A DNA stretch of 64,000 nucleotides from Candidatus Aenigmatarchaeota archaeon (GTDB lineage Archaea > Aenigmatarchaeota > Aenigmatarchaeia > GW2011-AR5): NCBI GenBank assembly GCA_043799385.1, contig JAZDNV010000001.1, positions 1 through 64,000 of the forward strand, given 5' to 3'. The notes beneath the pieces were generated by a model. It saw only the letters and a list, made by a program, of their open reading frames with translations. It ran no database searches and was not told the DNA's origin. Below, piece after piece: positions 9,706 through 19,212 of the stretch; positions within the stretch are counted from its first letter, which is position 1; each line of letters opens with the position of its first letter. Both the position numbers and the translations under genes were made by a program.

Positions 9706-10490
9706 TTTACATCATCCACACACAATGCGATAATAGTTTCGCTTTTTTCAGAAATCCAACTATCACTTATGTCGCTGCATTTACCATCATTTGGCAATGA
9801 GACACCGGTTCGGATTGGTACGGCCTTTAACACGACTTCTGCCTTGTTTACTTTACTTGGAGAGATAAAATGGATTTCCGGCGAATCTGGAAGATACCTG
9901 CAGTCGCTGTCATATATCTTTTTATCAAGCGTCTTTCCGTAGAAGCATACTTGATTCGTCGCTGCATCGTCGTCTTTGTTTCTCACAGGCATAACATTTT
10001 TCCATGGTATAGCAATTTCCTGCGCTTTTTTTGATTTATATGCGTTTTCTATCAGACATGTTATTCTCGCCAGCCAAGAATCATAAACAACAAGCGTCAT
10101 TTTCGCTGGAACGGTTTTGTCGTTATAATATAGAGAAACCGGCGCTTCTATCACTGCGGCATTCTCCTTATTTGCCGTGGAATAACCGAATTGGAATATC
10201 TTATTGTTTTCCAAGTCTTCTATCAACAGGTGATAAGCGAATTGACAGTGCCTGACGTACGGCTCTGTTTTCGTGTTATGATATTTTTCAAGCTCGCTGT
10301 GATTGAATATCGTTCGCTCCACGGTGAGTTTGCTGTTTATTATATTCTCTGACAGCTCTATCGCAAATCGATCGGTATCCTTTTTATCCATGTTGCTCAC
10401 AGAAATCGTTGATAGCGACGAGATAAAAAAGACTAACAGCAATACGGGAAGCACTCGGAATATCTCGAACAAAGCCTCAACTATATTCAT
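9702..10490 (-). CDS. Pilin-like or exported protein
   Basis: N-terminal TM helix; 4-nt overlaps with both neighbours. Confidence 0.7.
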   Translation of the reverse strand: MNIVEALFEIFRVLPVLLLVFFISSLSTISVSNMDKKDTDRFAIELSENIINSKLTVERTIFNHSELEKYHNTKTEPYVRHCQFAYHLLIEDLENNKIFQFGYSTANKENAAVIEAPVSLYYNDKTVPAKMTLVVYDSWLARITCLIENAYKSKKAQEIAIPWKNVMPVRNKDDDAATNQVCFYGKTLDKKIYDSDCRYLPDSPEIHFISPSKVNKAEVVLKAVPIRTGVSLPNDGKCSDISDSWISEKSETIIALCVDDVK

Positions 10491-10852
10491 TTTACCACTT
10501 CTATCCTTACCGCTCCATCATTAACAAAACGGATTTTCCTGGCATTGCATTCTATTTTCGCTGGCTCGATTGATTTTATCAGATTAACGGAATAGCTCGC
10601 ATCCTTCATTGTTACAGTAACGGCTGAATCGATTTTTATCACGCAGTCAGTACCGGGCAATTCGTATATGAACGTTGTAACATTCGGTGAAACAGCAAGT
10701 ATGTTTATAATACCAGAGATTTCTGACGCCTGATACTTGACGTCGTTTTTGACTATCGTATCGGCCTGGGCAGAAAGCGGGTTAAATGCTGCCACGACAA
10801 TTAACAGAGCTATCGCAATAGAAATAAAACTCTTCTGTAACTTCTCGCTCAT
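10487..10852 (-). CDS. Minor pilin-like exported protein
   Basis: N-terminal hydrophobic helix, then A.EI...IN helix and beta-rich tail. Confidence 0.65.
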   Translation of the reverse strand: MSEKLQKSFISIAIALLIVVAAFNPLSAQADTIVKNDVKYQASEISGIINILAVSPNVTTFIYELPGTDCVIKIDSAVTVTMKDASYSVNLIKSIEPAKIECNARKIRFVNDGAVRIEVVK

Positions 10853-10896
10853 ATCTATAATTGTATCTACGTTTAATAAAATAATTTTTTAACAAA

Positions 10897-12273
10897 TCAA
10901 GGCCATATCCAGTTCTCGTCCGGTTTCAATGTCTCTATGAAAGCGTTTGGAGTCGACGGCGCCATTTTAAGGAGGAACATGTTGTTCACATATTCTGTCG
11001 CATAGGTTACCGGCGTCATGTAATTTATCACAGCAGCGGCTGTACTAGCTGATATGCCGAGCGCTCCGGCTGTGCCTATTGCAGTTGCTTCTGTTGCTGT
11101 CAATACCGCGCCGACTGTGCCAAAGCCAGCGACAGTGATTGGTGCTGCTCCGACAGCTGCAACAACGACGAGCGCTACGCCAGCTGCGGCGCCGACTGTA
11201 ATTCCTGCCCACTTCAGCCATGATGTTTTTGGATTGTTAGTGAAGCAGAAGCCATCTTCGTTGGAAAGCACTATTCGCACGCATGGGAGATGCTCTGGTT
11301 TTGCTGCCTCTTTTTTTACAGCTATGAAATCCAGGCACGATGTATGACTACCTATTATCTTGCTTTCGCCTTTTTCGTTATAGCTGTAAATGGGGTACGT
11401 AATATTATTTTCACAGCCGCCGAGGCTATCTAAAAACGTTGTTCTATGCCCGTCCGCACAGTCGTCAACGAATATCTTGGCCTTGATCTTGCACGGGCTT
11501 GCCAGATAGAAATCAGAATACCTCATGTGCTCATCAGGGGAGTCATAAACGAACTGGATGTAATCCATATTCTTGCAATATTTCAGCGGATATGTATTGA
11601 CTGCCTTCGATGTTTTTAGGCATAATGTATTGTCGCCGCAGGAAAGGTATTTTGACATTGTCTTATTGTATGAATCAATCGGTGGGTTTGTGAACGTGAA
11701 TTTTCCGCTCTCCCATTTTCCCAACGGCTCTTTCATCTTCGTTCCAGTCGTAGGGTCTATATTGCCCAGCAATATGTTATTCACAAATGCTCCCTCGAGT
11801 TTTTCATTTTTGCTGGAGCGCTTATCCTTTGCAGCGCTTATCAATTTTTCTATATCGTTGTTCTTTTCGTCAAGCTGCGATACTATTCTCTGGTCCATGT
11901 CGTGATACATCTCCCACGCGACTGCTTCGCCGACAGGAAACATCTCATAATATAAGATATATCTAGGCTCGCCGATTGCTTTTATGACGAATCTTCCGAC
12001 AAGGCTCTCGGATATCGGTCCTATTAGCGGCGCGTGAGCGAACCACACGTTTTGCGGCAGCTCAACATTCATCTCTATTGCATTATCTTTGCTGAGTTCC
12101 TTGAAGCAGGCTTCGTCTATGGCGCTACCTAAACGCGAAAAGCTAGACAACGCGGTCTGCTCATACGTTGTCTGTACTGCGGCAAGAATTATTACGATCA
12201 ACAGGCCTAGACCAAGGAACATTATTCCCAACGACACGATTAGGTCGAGCTTTACCTCTATTGTGTATGACAT
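10897..12273 (-). CDS. Large pilin-like/adhesin protein with internal Gly/Ala-rich hydrophobic region
   Basis: N-terminal TM helix followed by SFSRLGSAIDEAC; multiple Cys; about 60-aa hydrophobic G/A segment near the C-terminus. Confidence 0.8.
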   Translation of the reverse strand: MSYTIEVKLDLIVSLGIMFLGLGLLIVIILAAVQTTYEQTALSSFSRLGSAIDEACFKELSKDNAIEMNVELPQNVWFAHAPLIGPISESLVGRFVIKAIGEPRYILYYEMFPVGEAVAWEMYHDMDQRIVSQLDEKNNDIEKLISAAKDKRSSKNEKLEGAFVNNILLGNIDPTTGTKMKEPLGKWESGKFTFTNPPIDSYNKTMSKYLSCGDNTLCLKTSKAVNTYPLKYCKNMDYIQFVYDSPDEHMRYSDFYLASPCKIKAKIFVDDCADGHRTTFLDSLGGCENNITYPIYSYNEKGESKIIGSHTSCLDFIAVKKEAAKPEHLPCVRIVLSNEDGFCFTNNPKTSWLKWAGITVGAAAGVALVVVAAVGAAPITVAGFGTVGAVLTATEATAIGTAGALGISASTAAAVINYMTPVTYATEYVNNMFLLKMAPSTPNAFIETLKPDENWIWP

Positions 12274-12399
12274 CTATCCACCGGTAATGTTGGCCAAAAA
12301 TTTGTCAAGCCCTGGTATGACGCCTAGGAAAAGACTGAGCACTGCCAAGAGCACAACAAACAACAAAACCAAGCTTACGACAACATATTCCATTCTCAT
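12274..12399 (-). CDS. 41-aa pilin-like micro-protein (not in ORF track)
   Basis: Hand translation MRMEYVVVSLVLLFVVLLAVLSLFLGVIPGLDKFLANITGG; its TAG abuts the ATG of the next gene. Confidence 0.75.
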   Translation of the reverse strand: MRMEYVVVSLVLLFVVLLAVLSLFLGVIPGLDKFLANITGG

Positions 12400-12403
12400 T
12401 CAA

Positions 12404-12541
12404 TCATCTCATTATTCCTAATATCTTCAGCAGGTTTTGCATTATTCCCCCCTGTAATGAAAGTGTCATCAGAACTCCCACAACTACTATCACTATTACG
12501 AGCAGAATAATCCAGTATCCGTGCTCAAAGACGTTGACCAT
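12404..12541 (-). CDS. 45-aa pilin-like micro-protein
   Basis: MVNVFEHGYWIILLVIVIVVVGVLM...; start at 12541 lies 4 nt after the upstream stop. Confidence 0.7.
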   Translation of the reverse strand: MVNVFEHGYWIILLVIVIVVVGVLMTLSLQGGIMQNLLKILGIMR

Positions 12542-12545
12542 AGAA

Positions 12546-13994
12546 TCACTTCCACTCGCTGCCCTTGCACATATAATCCTTATTATCAACTGTTATAATA
12601 TCATTTTCTGATATCTCATCACATGCTATCCAACCGCTACTGCTGCACAGAAGGTCGTATTTTGGCTTCCAGTAATGCCCCTTGTCGTTTCTTTCCAAAA
12701 GACGGCAGTCACCACATTTGTCAACTGATTTATCTGTATATTTCGCTCCGCCTATTGTCTCATCTTTCTTTGACGGGTCAGGCCCGGATTTTTCATATTC
12801 TATGCAGTAGTCATGACCCTTGTCAGACGTAATACAGAAGTCACATTCGCCTTGCGATGTCAACAGTTCCTGACAGTTGAAATCGATCATATAACTTTTG
12901 ATATCATCCCATAATTTCTCGCTATTCTTCTTTATCACTGCACCAGGTTTGATGTACCAGACACTCGCCTTATCCTTTATGATAGATTCTTCATTGACAG
13001 CGAGAATCGCACATGAAGCACCATCCTTGTACTTGAAATCATCGAGTGCGAACTTGAATTCCCCTGCATCCTGCTTCCTGTCAGTCGTGAAATCAAAATT
13101 CCATACCTCTACCGAATCGGCAGGGTCGATTTTAATGAACAATGCATTTTTCTCGGCAACTGAAGCAGCACATTCTGTCTTGAAACCAATGCTTGCAAAA
13201 CCGATGTAGTAAGCCGGGCATTTTTTTATAAGCTCGGAATAGACGCCAGAGCCTTCTAGCGATAATTCAGAACCGGACGAGACCTGAGTCTCGAATCGTA
13301 CTGTGTCGCCGCCCAAATCGCGACACTTGGTAACGCAATTTCCAAATTGCCTTTGATATTTTCCGTCCTCCCATAACGGCTGGCATTGCTGCAAAGGCGT
13401 ACCGAAGCATTCATAATTATTTTTTATCCCTCCCAATGGCTCGCAATCGGCTTTCGTAAAATCAATCCGTGTTTCAGCCTTGTTTATAGTTATTGTCTTG
13501 TCTGTTTCTTGGATATAACAGGTTCCTGTCTTTCCGGCATTGCAGCAGTACCAGCTCCACTGTTTTGACTGCTTCGAGCTTTTCATGTAATCAGTTACGC
13601 ATTCGCTTTCTGCAAAGAATGACAGATGAAGGAATTCCGTGTCTTTCAACGCAGTTCTCGTCCTGAGCTTTAATTCTGGAGACGCGCTTTTCTCCTTCGG
13701 GTAGTTTATCACCTTTCCGTCCCACATCAGCTTTTCATTTATGTCTCCGATAACATAGAATTTCAACTCTTTTTCCTGTTCGTAGACAAAATTCAGGTTG
13801 CTTACCTTGATTGTATAGACATAGTCGTTGCCTGTTTTTTCGCATGACGCCTTTGCATTCTCTACGCCTTCAGTCGTGAATGAATGCTCATCAATACCGA
13901 CAGGAGTCGGTTTCGTAAGAAATATAATAATGACCGTCAGGACTACTATCATGACGAATATCCAGAAAACCGTTTGCATCTCCAGTCCTTTCAT
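12546..13994 (-). CDS. Large Cys-rich pilin-like adhesin
   Basis: MKG|LEMQTVFWIFVMIVVL class III-like signal; many paired Cys. Confidence 0.8.
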   Translation of the reverse strand: MKGLEMQTVFWIFVMIVVLTVIIIFLTKPTPVGIDEHSFTTEGVENAKASCEKTGNDYVYTIKVSNLNFVYEQEKELKFYVIGDINEKLMWDGKVINYPKEKSASPELKLRTRTALKDTEFLHLSFFAESECVTDYMKSSKQSKQWSWYCCNAGKTGTCYIQETDKTITINKAETRIDFTKADCEPLGGIKNNYECFGTPLQQCQPLWEDGKYQRQFGNCVTKCRDLGGDTVRFETQVSSGSELSLEGSGVYSELIKKCPAYYIGFASIGFKTECAASVAEKNALFIKIDPADSVEVWNFDFTTDRKQDAGEFKFALDDFKYKDGASCAILAVNEESIIKDKASVWYIKPGAVIKKNSEKLWDDIKSYMIDFNCQELLTSQGECDFCITSDKGHDYCIEYEKSGPDPSKKDETIGGAKYTDKSVDKCGDCRLLERNDKGHYWKPKYDLLCSSSGWIACDEISENDIITVDNKDYMCKGSEWK

Positions 13995-14030
13995 GGATAG
14001 ATTATGTTTTGGATTAAATAAATAGTTGTA

Positions 14031-14117
14031 AAGCTTTGCACAAAAACTAGGCTATCATCTTTGCTATGATAGTCTTACCATCGATGTAATTGCGCGTTCA
14101 CTTTTTATGCAAAGCTT
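14031..14117. repeat. Structured intergenic element 3 (related to element 1)
   Basis: P1 aagctttgcacaaaaa 14031-14046 / tttttatgcaaagctt 14102-14117 (one mismatch); P2 aggctatcat 14049-14058 / atgatagtct 14066-14075; shares tttgcac, cttacc.t.gatg and tcacttt...tgcaaa with element 1. Confidence 0.75.
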
Positions 14118-14122
14118 GGTTG

Positions 14123-14932
14123 TCATGCTTTTGGCACAATCATAAAAGTGTGCAGGCCAAGAAAATCTCTACCGCACATAGACCGCAGGTATTTGTATTC
14201 ATCCTCTTTTTCAGTGCACTTCGTCTTCTTCCAGAAGCTTATATCTAATGCGTCTCCAGCTTCGTAATACTCGCCGCCTTTGACACTTATCTCGACTTCT
14301 TCGCAGCTGAACATTTTCACGTGAACCGTCCCTTTGCATATGTCCAAGTAGCGCTCGCATTTATCATAATTTGTTTCCTTGCACTCTTCCAGTTCGAATA
14401 ACCTATAATCCGACATGCATTCAACAATGAATTTCGCTTTGCAGCCGTCTTTCTTTTCAAGTGTGACTGTAAAATTACCATCAGCTGAAAAAAGGAATGA
14501 ATCGTGCAATTTCATACGGCCTTTGTAATAATCGCCCTTTTTCATTATTCTCGGCGAGCTGCTCAAAATTTCTGCAGAGATCAGTCCATCAAACGATGGT
14601 TTTTCGGGAGTTAACGTGAATCTATTGCCATCGCTAATCGCCTTCTCGTCGACACCTTTGAAGCTGAAGAGCGGTATCACATCAATCGTATCCTTCAATT
14701 CGCCTGAATATTTAACGATGCCTGAAAATTTTACAGCATAGTTGTATTTGTCATCGATTTTCTTGTCAGAAACATCTATATCAGGCTTGCCTACAACAAC
14801 CACGTTTACCAACGGCGATGGCTTTAGCTCATCTGCGGATATCCTGCCGCCAAAAATAGACATCGCAACAGCAAGGCATACTAATGCGATTACGATAAGG
14901 ACTACTACCTCCTGCATCTCCATGACAATCAA
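14123..14932 (-). CDS. Pilin-like exported protein
   Basis: MEMQEVVVLIVIALV N-terminus resembling the LEMQTV start of 12546-13994; Cys pairs. Confidence 0.75.
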   Translation of the reverse strand: MIVMEMQEVVVLIVIALVCLAVAMSIFGGRISADELKPSPLVNVVVVGKPDIDVSDKKIDDKYNYAVKFSGIVKYSGELKDTIDVIPLFSFKGVDEKAISDGNRFTLTPEKPSFDGLISAEILSSSPRIMKKGDYYKGRMKLHDSFLFSADGNFTVTLEKKDGCKAKFIVECMSDYRLFELEECKETNYDKCERYLDICKGTVHVKMFSCEEVEISVKGGEYYEAGDALDISFWKKTKCTEKEDEYKYLRSMCGRDFLGLHTFMIVPKA

Positions 14933-15198
14933 CCTAATACTGAAGTAACTATTTCACTTGCAAATTTAACGATTGATGGCGAGAAAACCGCCCATAACGC
15001 GAATATGACCACTCCTGCGATTATTCCAAGAATGATCGACACTACGGGATTGTACGGTATCGTGCCTTTGCGCTTTAAAAGAATCGGAGCTGCGACAATT
15101 GGTTTGCCTATGTACCCTGCAAGAAAAGCGAGGGAGAATAAAAGAACGACGAGCGTGATGGCGATGCTGACAACCTTCCACATCATTATATCTTCCAT
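14929..15198 (-). CDS. Two-TM pilin-like protein with an internal KRKG class III-like site
   Basis: Two hydrophobic helices separated by LLKRKG|TIPYNPVVSII. Confidence 0.7.
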   Translation of the reverse strand: MEDIMMWKVVSIAITLVVLLFSLAFLAGYIGKPIVAAPILLKRKGTIPYNPVVSIILGIIAGVVIFALWAVFSPSIVKFASEIVTSVLG

Positions 15199-15319
15199 GA
15201 AAACTATTAGTCATGCCTTTTATAAAAAGCTTGCAACCGAAATTATTTTCTTCCTTCGAGTCTCCATTTGATTGGTTTAATATCGCGCTCATCGTCGCGC
15301 TTTTTCTTCTTTTTCATAA

Positions 15320-16078
15320 CTATCGGATGAATGGGAAGAATTTTCGATACCATATCTCGGCCTTTACCTCGCGTCCTATGAGACGGCTTGCAAGATTTCT
15401 AATCTCGCGGCTTGAAATGCTGGACGGCTTGTGATGAACAATCGGTGTTCTGATTGCTATTGCCTCCTGCACGGCAACGTCTTCCGGCACCTCGGCAAGC
15501 AATTCTACGTCACCTAGCAACCTGAGAATATCACGCCTGTTTAGTTCATGCTTCCTGCCGGTGACCCTGTTTACGACAACGCCTGATATCTTTGTTCCCA
15601 TCTGCTCGGCTAATTTTGCGGCTTTCAGCGCATCGGTAACAGCCGTTAGCTCGGGATTCGTTATGAGCAGCAATTCATCTGCGCATTCCATTGCGGCTAA
15701 CGCCTCGCGGCCAAGGCCGGCTGCTGCATCTATTATTACAATATCAACGTTGCCAAGAAGGTCCAGAATTGCCGATGATAAACCACGGACGTCAACGCCC
15801 TTTAAATCTTTCAGCGCGATTCCGGCAGGAATTATCTTCAGTCCGGATGAATGTTCATAAATCGCGTCCTGTATTTTAGCTTTGCCTTTAAGGACATCGT
15901 GTAACGTCGTTGGATAGAGCGGAACGCCGAGATGCAACCCAAGATTTGGCGTCGTGAGATTCGCGTCAAGAACAACGACATCCTTGCCGAATTCCGTCAA
16001 TGCGGCTCCAAGATTTGCTGCGATTGTTGTCTTTCCAGCGCCACCTTTTCCAGAAACACAAGCGATTATGCGGGTCAT
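15320..16078 (-). CDS. minD: MinD family ATPase (archaeal)
   Basis: Deviant Walker A SGKGGAGKTT, DANLTTPNLG, DAAAGLG, C-terminal amphipathic helix WYRKFFPF. Confidence 0.93.
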   Translation of the reverse strand: MTRIIACVSGKGGAGKTTIAANLGAALTEFGKDVVVLDANLTTPNLGLHLGVPLYPTTLHDVLKGKAKIQDAIYEHSSGLKIIPAGIALKDLKGVDVRGLSSAILDLLGNVDIVIIDAAAGLGREALAAMECADELLLITNPELTAVTDALKAAKLAEQMGTKISGVVVNRVTGRKHELNRRDILRLLGDVELLAEVPEDVAVQEAIAIRTPIVHHKPSSISSREIRNLASRLIGREVKAEIWYRKFFPFIR

Positions 16079-16206
16079 AATATAAGACTTATTTTACTAA
16101 ATATTTAATGATTTCTTATGCTTGAATTATGGTCAGTGCGGATTGCGAATACAATACATCTAACTACGCGCAACGACATATGCCATCACACTGATAATCA
16201 TTTGAA

Positions 16207-16321
16207 TGGGCGCGACGGGATTCGAACCCGCGACCCCCTGCTGACTTCTTTCCATGCACGCTTTCTTTCTAAGAAAGGCGTTTAGAAGGCAGGTGCTCTA
16301 TCCAAGCTGAGCTACACACCC
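16207..16321 (-). tRNA. tRNA-Arg(UCU) with 40-nt intron at 37/38 (16243-16282)
   Basis: Acceptor GGGTGTG/CGCGCCC, anticodon stem CCTGC/GCAGG, loop CT-TCT-A, T-loop TTCGAAT; BHB-like CTTC/GAAG helix; CCA not encoded. Confidence 0.93.
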
Positions 16322-16379
16322 CTTTTAAAAAATCTATTATAACAGATATTTAAATTGTATAAAATCCCATAGTGATTAT

Positions 16380-19193
16380 ATGGATTTCAGAAGTATAGAA
16401 AAGAAGTGGCAGAAGGCGTGGGAAAAGGAGCGGATATTCCAAGCAGATGTATCAAAAAAGAAAAAGTTCTTTGTAACATTTCCATACCCATACCTGAACG
16501 GCTCGATGCACATCGGCCATAGCTATTCCTTTCTACGTTGCGACGTATACGCAAGATACAAAAGAATGCTTGGCTTCAATGTTTTGTTTCCGCAGGGCTT
16601 TCACGCCACGGGCGAACCTTTGTTAGGAGCAATAGAAAGGGTAAAAGCAGGCGACAAGGTACAGATAGAAACGTTCAAATCATTCGGCGCATCGAAAAGC
16701 GAGCTAAAAAAATTCATAAAGAACCCTGAATATGCAGCAAGGTTCTGGATGAAAAGATTCATAGAAAGCATGAAGAGTGTTGGTGGTTCGATAGATTGGC
16801 GCAGAAGCTTTGTAACAGCAATAGACGACCGATACTCGAAGTTTATAGAATGGCAGTACAACACGCTGAGGAAAAAAGGCTACGTTGTTCAGGGAACGCA
16901 TCCTGTTATCTGGTGCCCGAAATGCCTAAGCCCGACCGGCGATCACGACCGATTAGAAGGAGAGGGCGAATCGCCTGTCGACTACATTCTGATAAAATTC
17001 GGTTTTGATGGCTATGTTCTACCTGCGGCTACGTTAAGGCCTGAGACGATTTATGGCGTGACAAACATGTGGGTAAACCCGAATGTAGATTATGTAAAAG
17101 CAAACGTCGGCAACGAGGTGTGGATAATAAGCGAGGAGGCAGCGGAAAAGCTTGTCGACCAGCTGAAGGATGTAAAAATAACAGGCCGTATAAAAGGGGA
17201 GAAATTAGTTGGAAAGCATTGCACAGACCCTATAAGCAACAAGAAGATTCCAATACTTCCTGCCGGATTCGTTGACCCGTCTTCGGCGACTGGCATTGTG
17301 ATGTCTGTGCCAAGTCACGCGCCATACGATTGGATTGGCATAAAGGAGGTGATGGACTGCAATATGGAACGATATGGGATATCAAAAGACGAGCTCGAAC
17401 CTATATCGCTAATATCAACTCCTGGTTTTGGCGAGCATCCTGCCATCGAAATTTGCAAAAGGATGGGGATAAATTCATCGAAAGAAATCGAGAAATTAGA
17501 TGAAGCAACGAATGTGGTTTACAAGAAAGAATTCCATCTAGGCGTCCTGAACGACAACTGCGGCGAATATTCGGGTTTACGAGTCTCTGAATGCAAAGAA
17601 AAATTATCAATCGAATTCATAGAAAGGGGGATTGCAGACGTTCTGTGGGACTGCAAAGCGGTCGTATGCCGCTGCACAACAAAATGCCGTGTAAAAATAC
17701 TTGAGAATCAGTGGTTCCTGAAATACTCAGACGGAAACTGGAAAAAGAAGGTAAAGAGATGCGTAGAAAGGATGGAGATATGCCCAGTCGAAGCTAAGGC
17801 TAATTTCATAAACACAGTTGACTGGTTAAGGGATAAGGCGTGCACAAGAAAGACGGGATTGGGAACAAAACTACCATGGGACAATTCGTGGATAATAGAA
17901 ACGCTGAGCGATTCTACGATTTACATGGCATACTACACGATTGCGAGAATGATGAATGAGAAAAAGATAAGCGCTGATAATCTCAACGACGACGTTTTCA
18001 ATTACGTGTTTCTCGGTAAAGGGGATTTGAAGACGATTGCGAAAAAGAGCAGGTTGAAAAAGAGCATAATAGATGGGATGAAAAATGAATTTGATTACTT
18101 CTATCCTGTGGATTTCAGGAACTCAGCCAAGGAACTCATACAGAATCACCTGACGTTCTTTTTATTCCACCATACTGCATTGTGGCCTGATAACAAATGG
18201 CCAGTGTCGATAGGCGTAAACGGCTTCGTAAACGTTGAAGGCGAGAAGATGAGCAAATCGCGCGGCAACGTAATACCGATATCAGACATAATCAAGCAAT
18301 TCGGTGCGGACCTAGCGAGAATTAATATAGTTGCATCAAGCGAGGACATGAACGATGCCGACTGGCGTGCGGAGAATATAAAGGGCTATCGTGCGAGGAT
18401 AGAGTTTCTCTTCGACGTTGCAAAAAACATGAAAAAGGCAAGAAGGAAGTCGGTTGGAAACGCGGATTTGTTCTTGCAGAGCAGAATCCAGAAGTGCGTA
18501 AAGAACGCGAGCGAAAACTATGATGCAACGAAATTCCGTTCAGCGATTCAATCCGCAATGTTCGGCTCAACAAACGCGTTGAAGTGGTATTTATCAAGAA
18601 GCGGTGGCATAAAAAATGCAAATAAAAAGATATTGTCAGACTCATTGGCGACCGTAGTAAAATTACTCACGCCTGTAATACCGCATTCGTGCGAGGAATT
18701 GTGGAAGTTGTTGGGCAATAGGCAATTTGTATCGCTTGAAGCATGGCCATCCCAGAACGAAAAACTGATAAACGCTGAATCTGAAAAATGCGAAGACTTA
18801 GTTGCGAGGGTAATCGAGGACGTTGAGAACATCAAGAAGATGCATAATTTAAAACCAAAAAGCGTTTCCATATTTGTCGCGGAAAAGTGGAAATTTGACG
18901 TATACAACAAGATACTGACGAATAAAGATAAGCCGATAAACGAGATAACAAAGGAGATAATGGAAGAAGGTAATGAAAAGACGACAATAGCCTTCGTCCA
19001 GTCGCTGTATAAAAAAATCAACGAGATTCAACCAGTGATAGAAAGAAAAAAGCAATTTGAGATTCTTGAAGAAGCGAAAGAATTCCTAGCAAAAGAGATT
19101 AAATGCAAGATAGATATAATCAACGCGGAAAAGAGTGATGCACCAAAAGCGAAATTATCCACGCCACAGAAGCCGGGAATACTACTGGAGTAA
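16380..19193 (+). CDS. leuS: Leucine--tRNA ligase (archaeal type)
   Basis: FPYPYLNGSMHIGH, KMSKS, editing motif ATLRPET, DWRRSF. Confidence 0.97.
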   Translation: MDFRSIEKKWQKAWEKERIFQADVSKKKKFFVTFPYPYLNGSMHIGHSYSFLRCDVYARYKRMLGFNVLFPQGFHATGEPLLGAIERVKAGDKVQIETFKSFGASKSELKKFIKNPEYAARFWMKRFIESMKSVGGSIDWRRSFVTAIDDRYSKFIEWQYNTLRKKGYVVQGTHPVIWCPKCLSPTGDHDRLEGEGESPVDYILIKFGFDGYVLPAATLRPETIYGVTNMWVNPNVDYVKANVGNEVWIISEEAAEKLVDQLKDVKITGRIKGEKLVGKHCTDPISNKKIPILPAGFVDPSSATGIVMSVPSHAPYDWIGIKEVMDCNMERYGISKDELEPISLISTPGFGEHPAIEICKRMGINSSKEIEKLDEATNVVYKKEFHLGVLNDNCGEYSGLRVSECKEKLSIEFIERGIADVLWDCKAVVCRCTTKCRVKILENQWFLKYSDGNWKKKVKRCVERMEICPVEAKANFINTVDWLRDKACTRKTGLGTKLPWDNSWIIETLSDSTIYMAYYTIARMMNEKKISADNLNDDVFNYVFLGKGDLKTIAKKSRLKKSIIDGMKNEFDYFYPVDFRNSAKELIQNHLTFFLFHHTALWPDNKWPVSIGVNGFVNVEGEKMSKSRGNVIPISDIIKQFGADLARINIVASSEDMNDADWRAENIKGYRARIEFLFDVAKNMKKARRKSVGNADLFLQSRIQKCVKNASENYDATKFRSAIQSAMFGSTNALKWYLSRSGGIKNANKKILSDSLATVVKLLTPVIPHSCEELWKLLGNRQFVSLEAWPSQNEKLINAESEKCEDLVARVIEDVENIKKMHNLKPKSVSIFVAEKWKFDVYNKILTNKDKPINEITKEIMEEGNEKTTIAFVQSLYKKINEIQPVIERKKQFEILEEAKEFLAKEIKCKIDIINAEKSDAPKAKLSTPQKPGILLE

Positions 19194-19212
19194 AAATTCT
19201 CATTTCTTAAAA

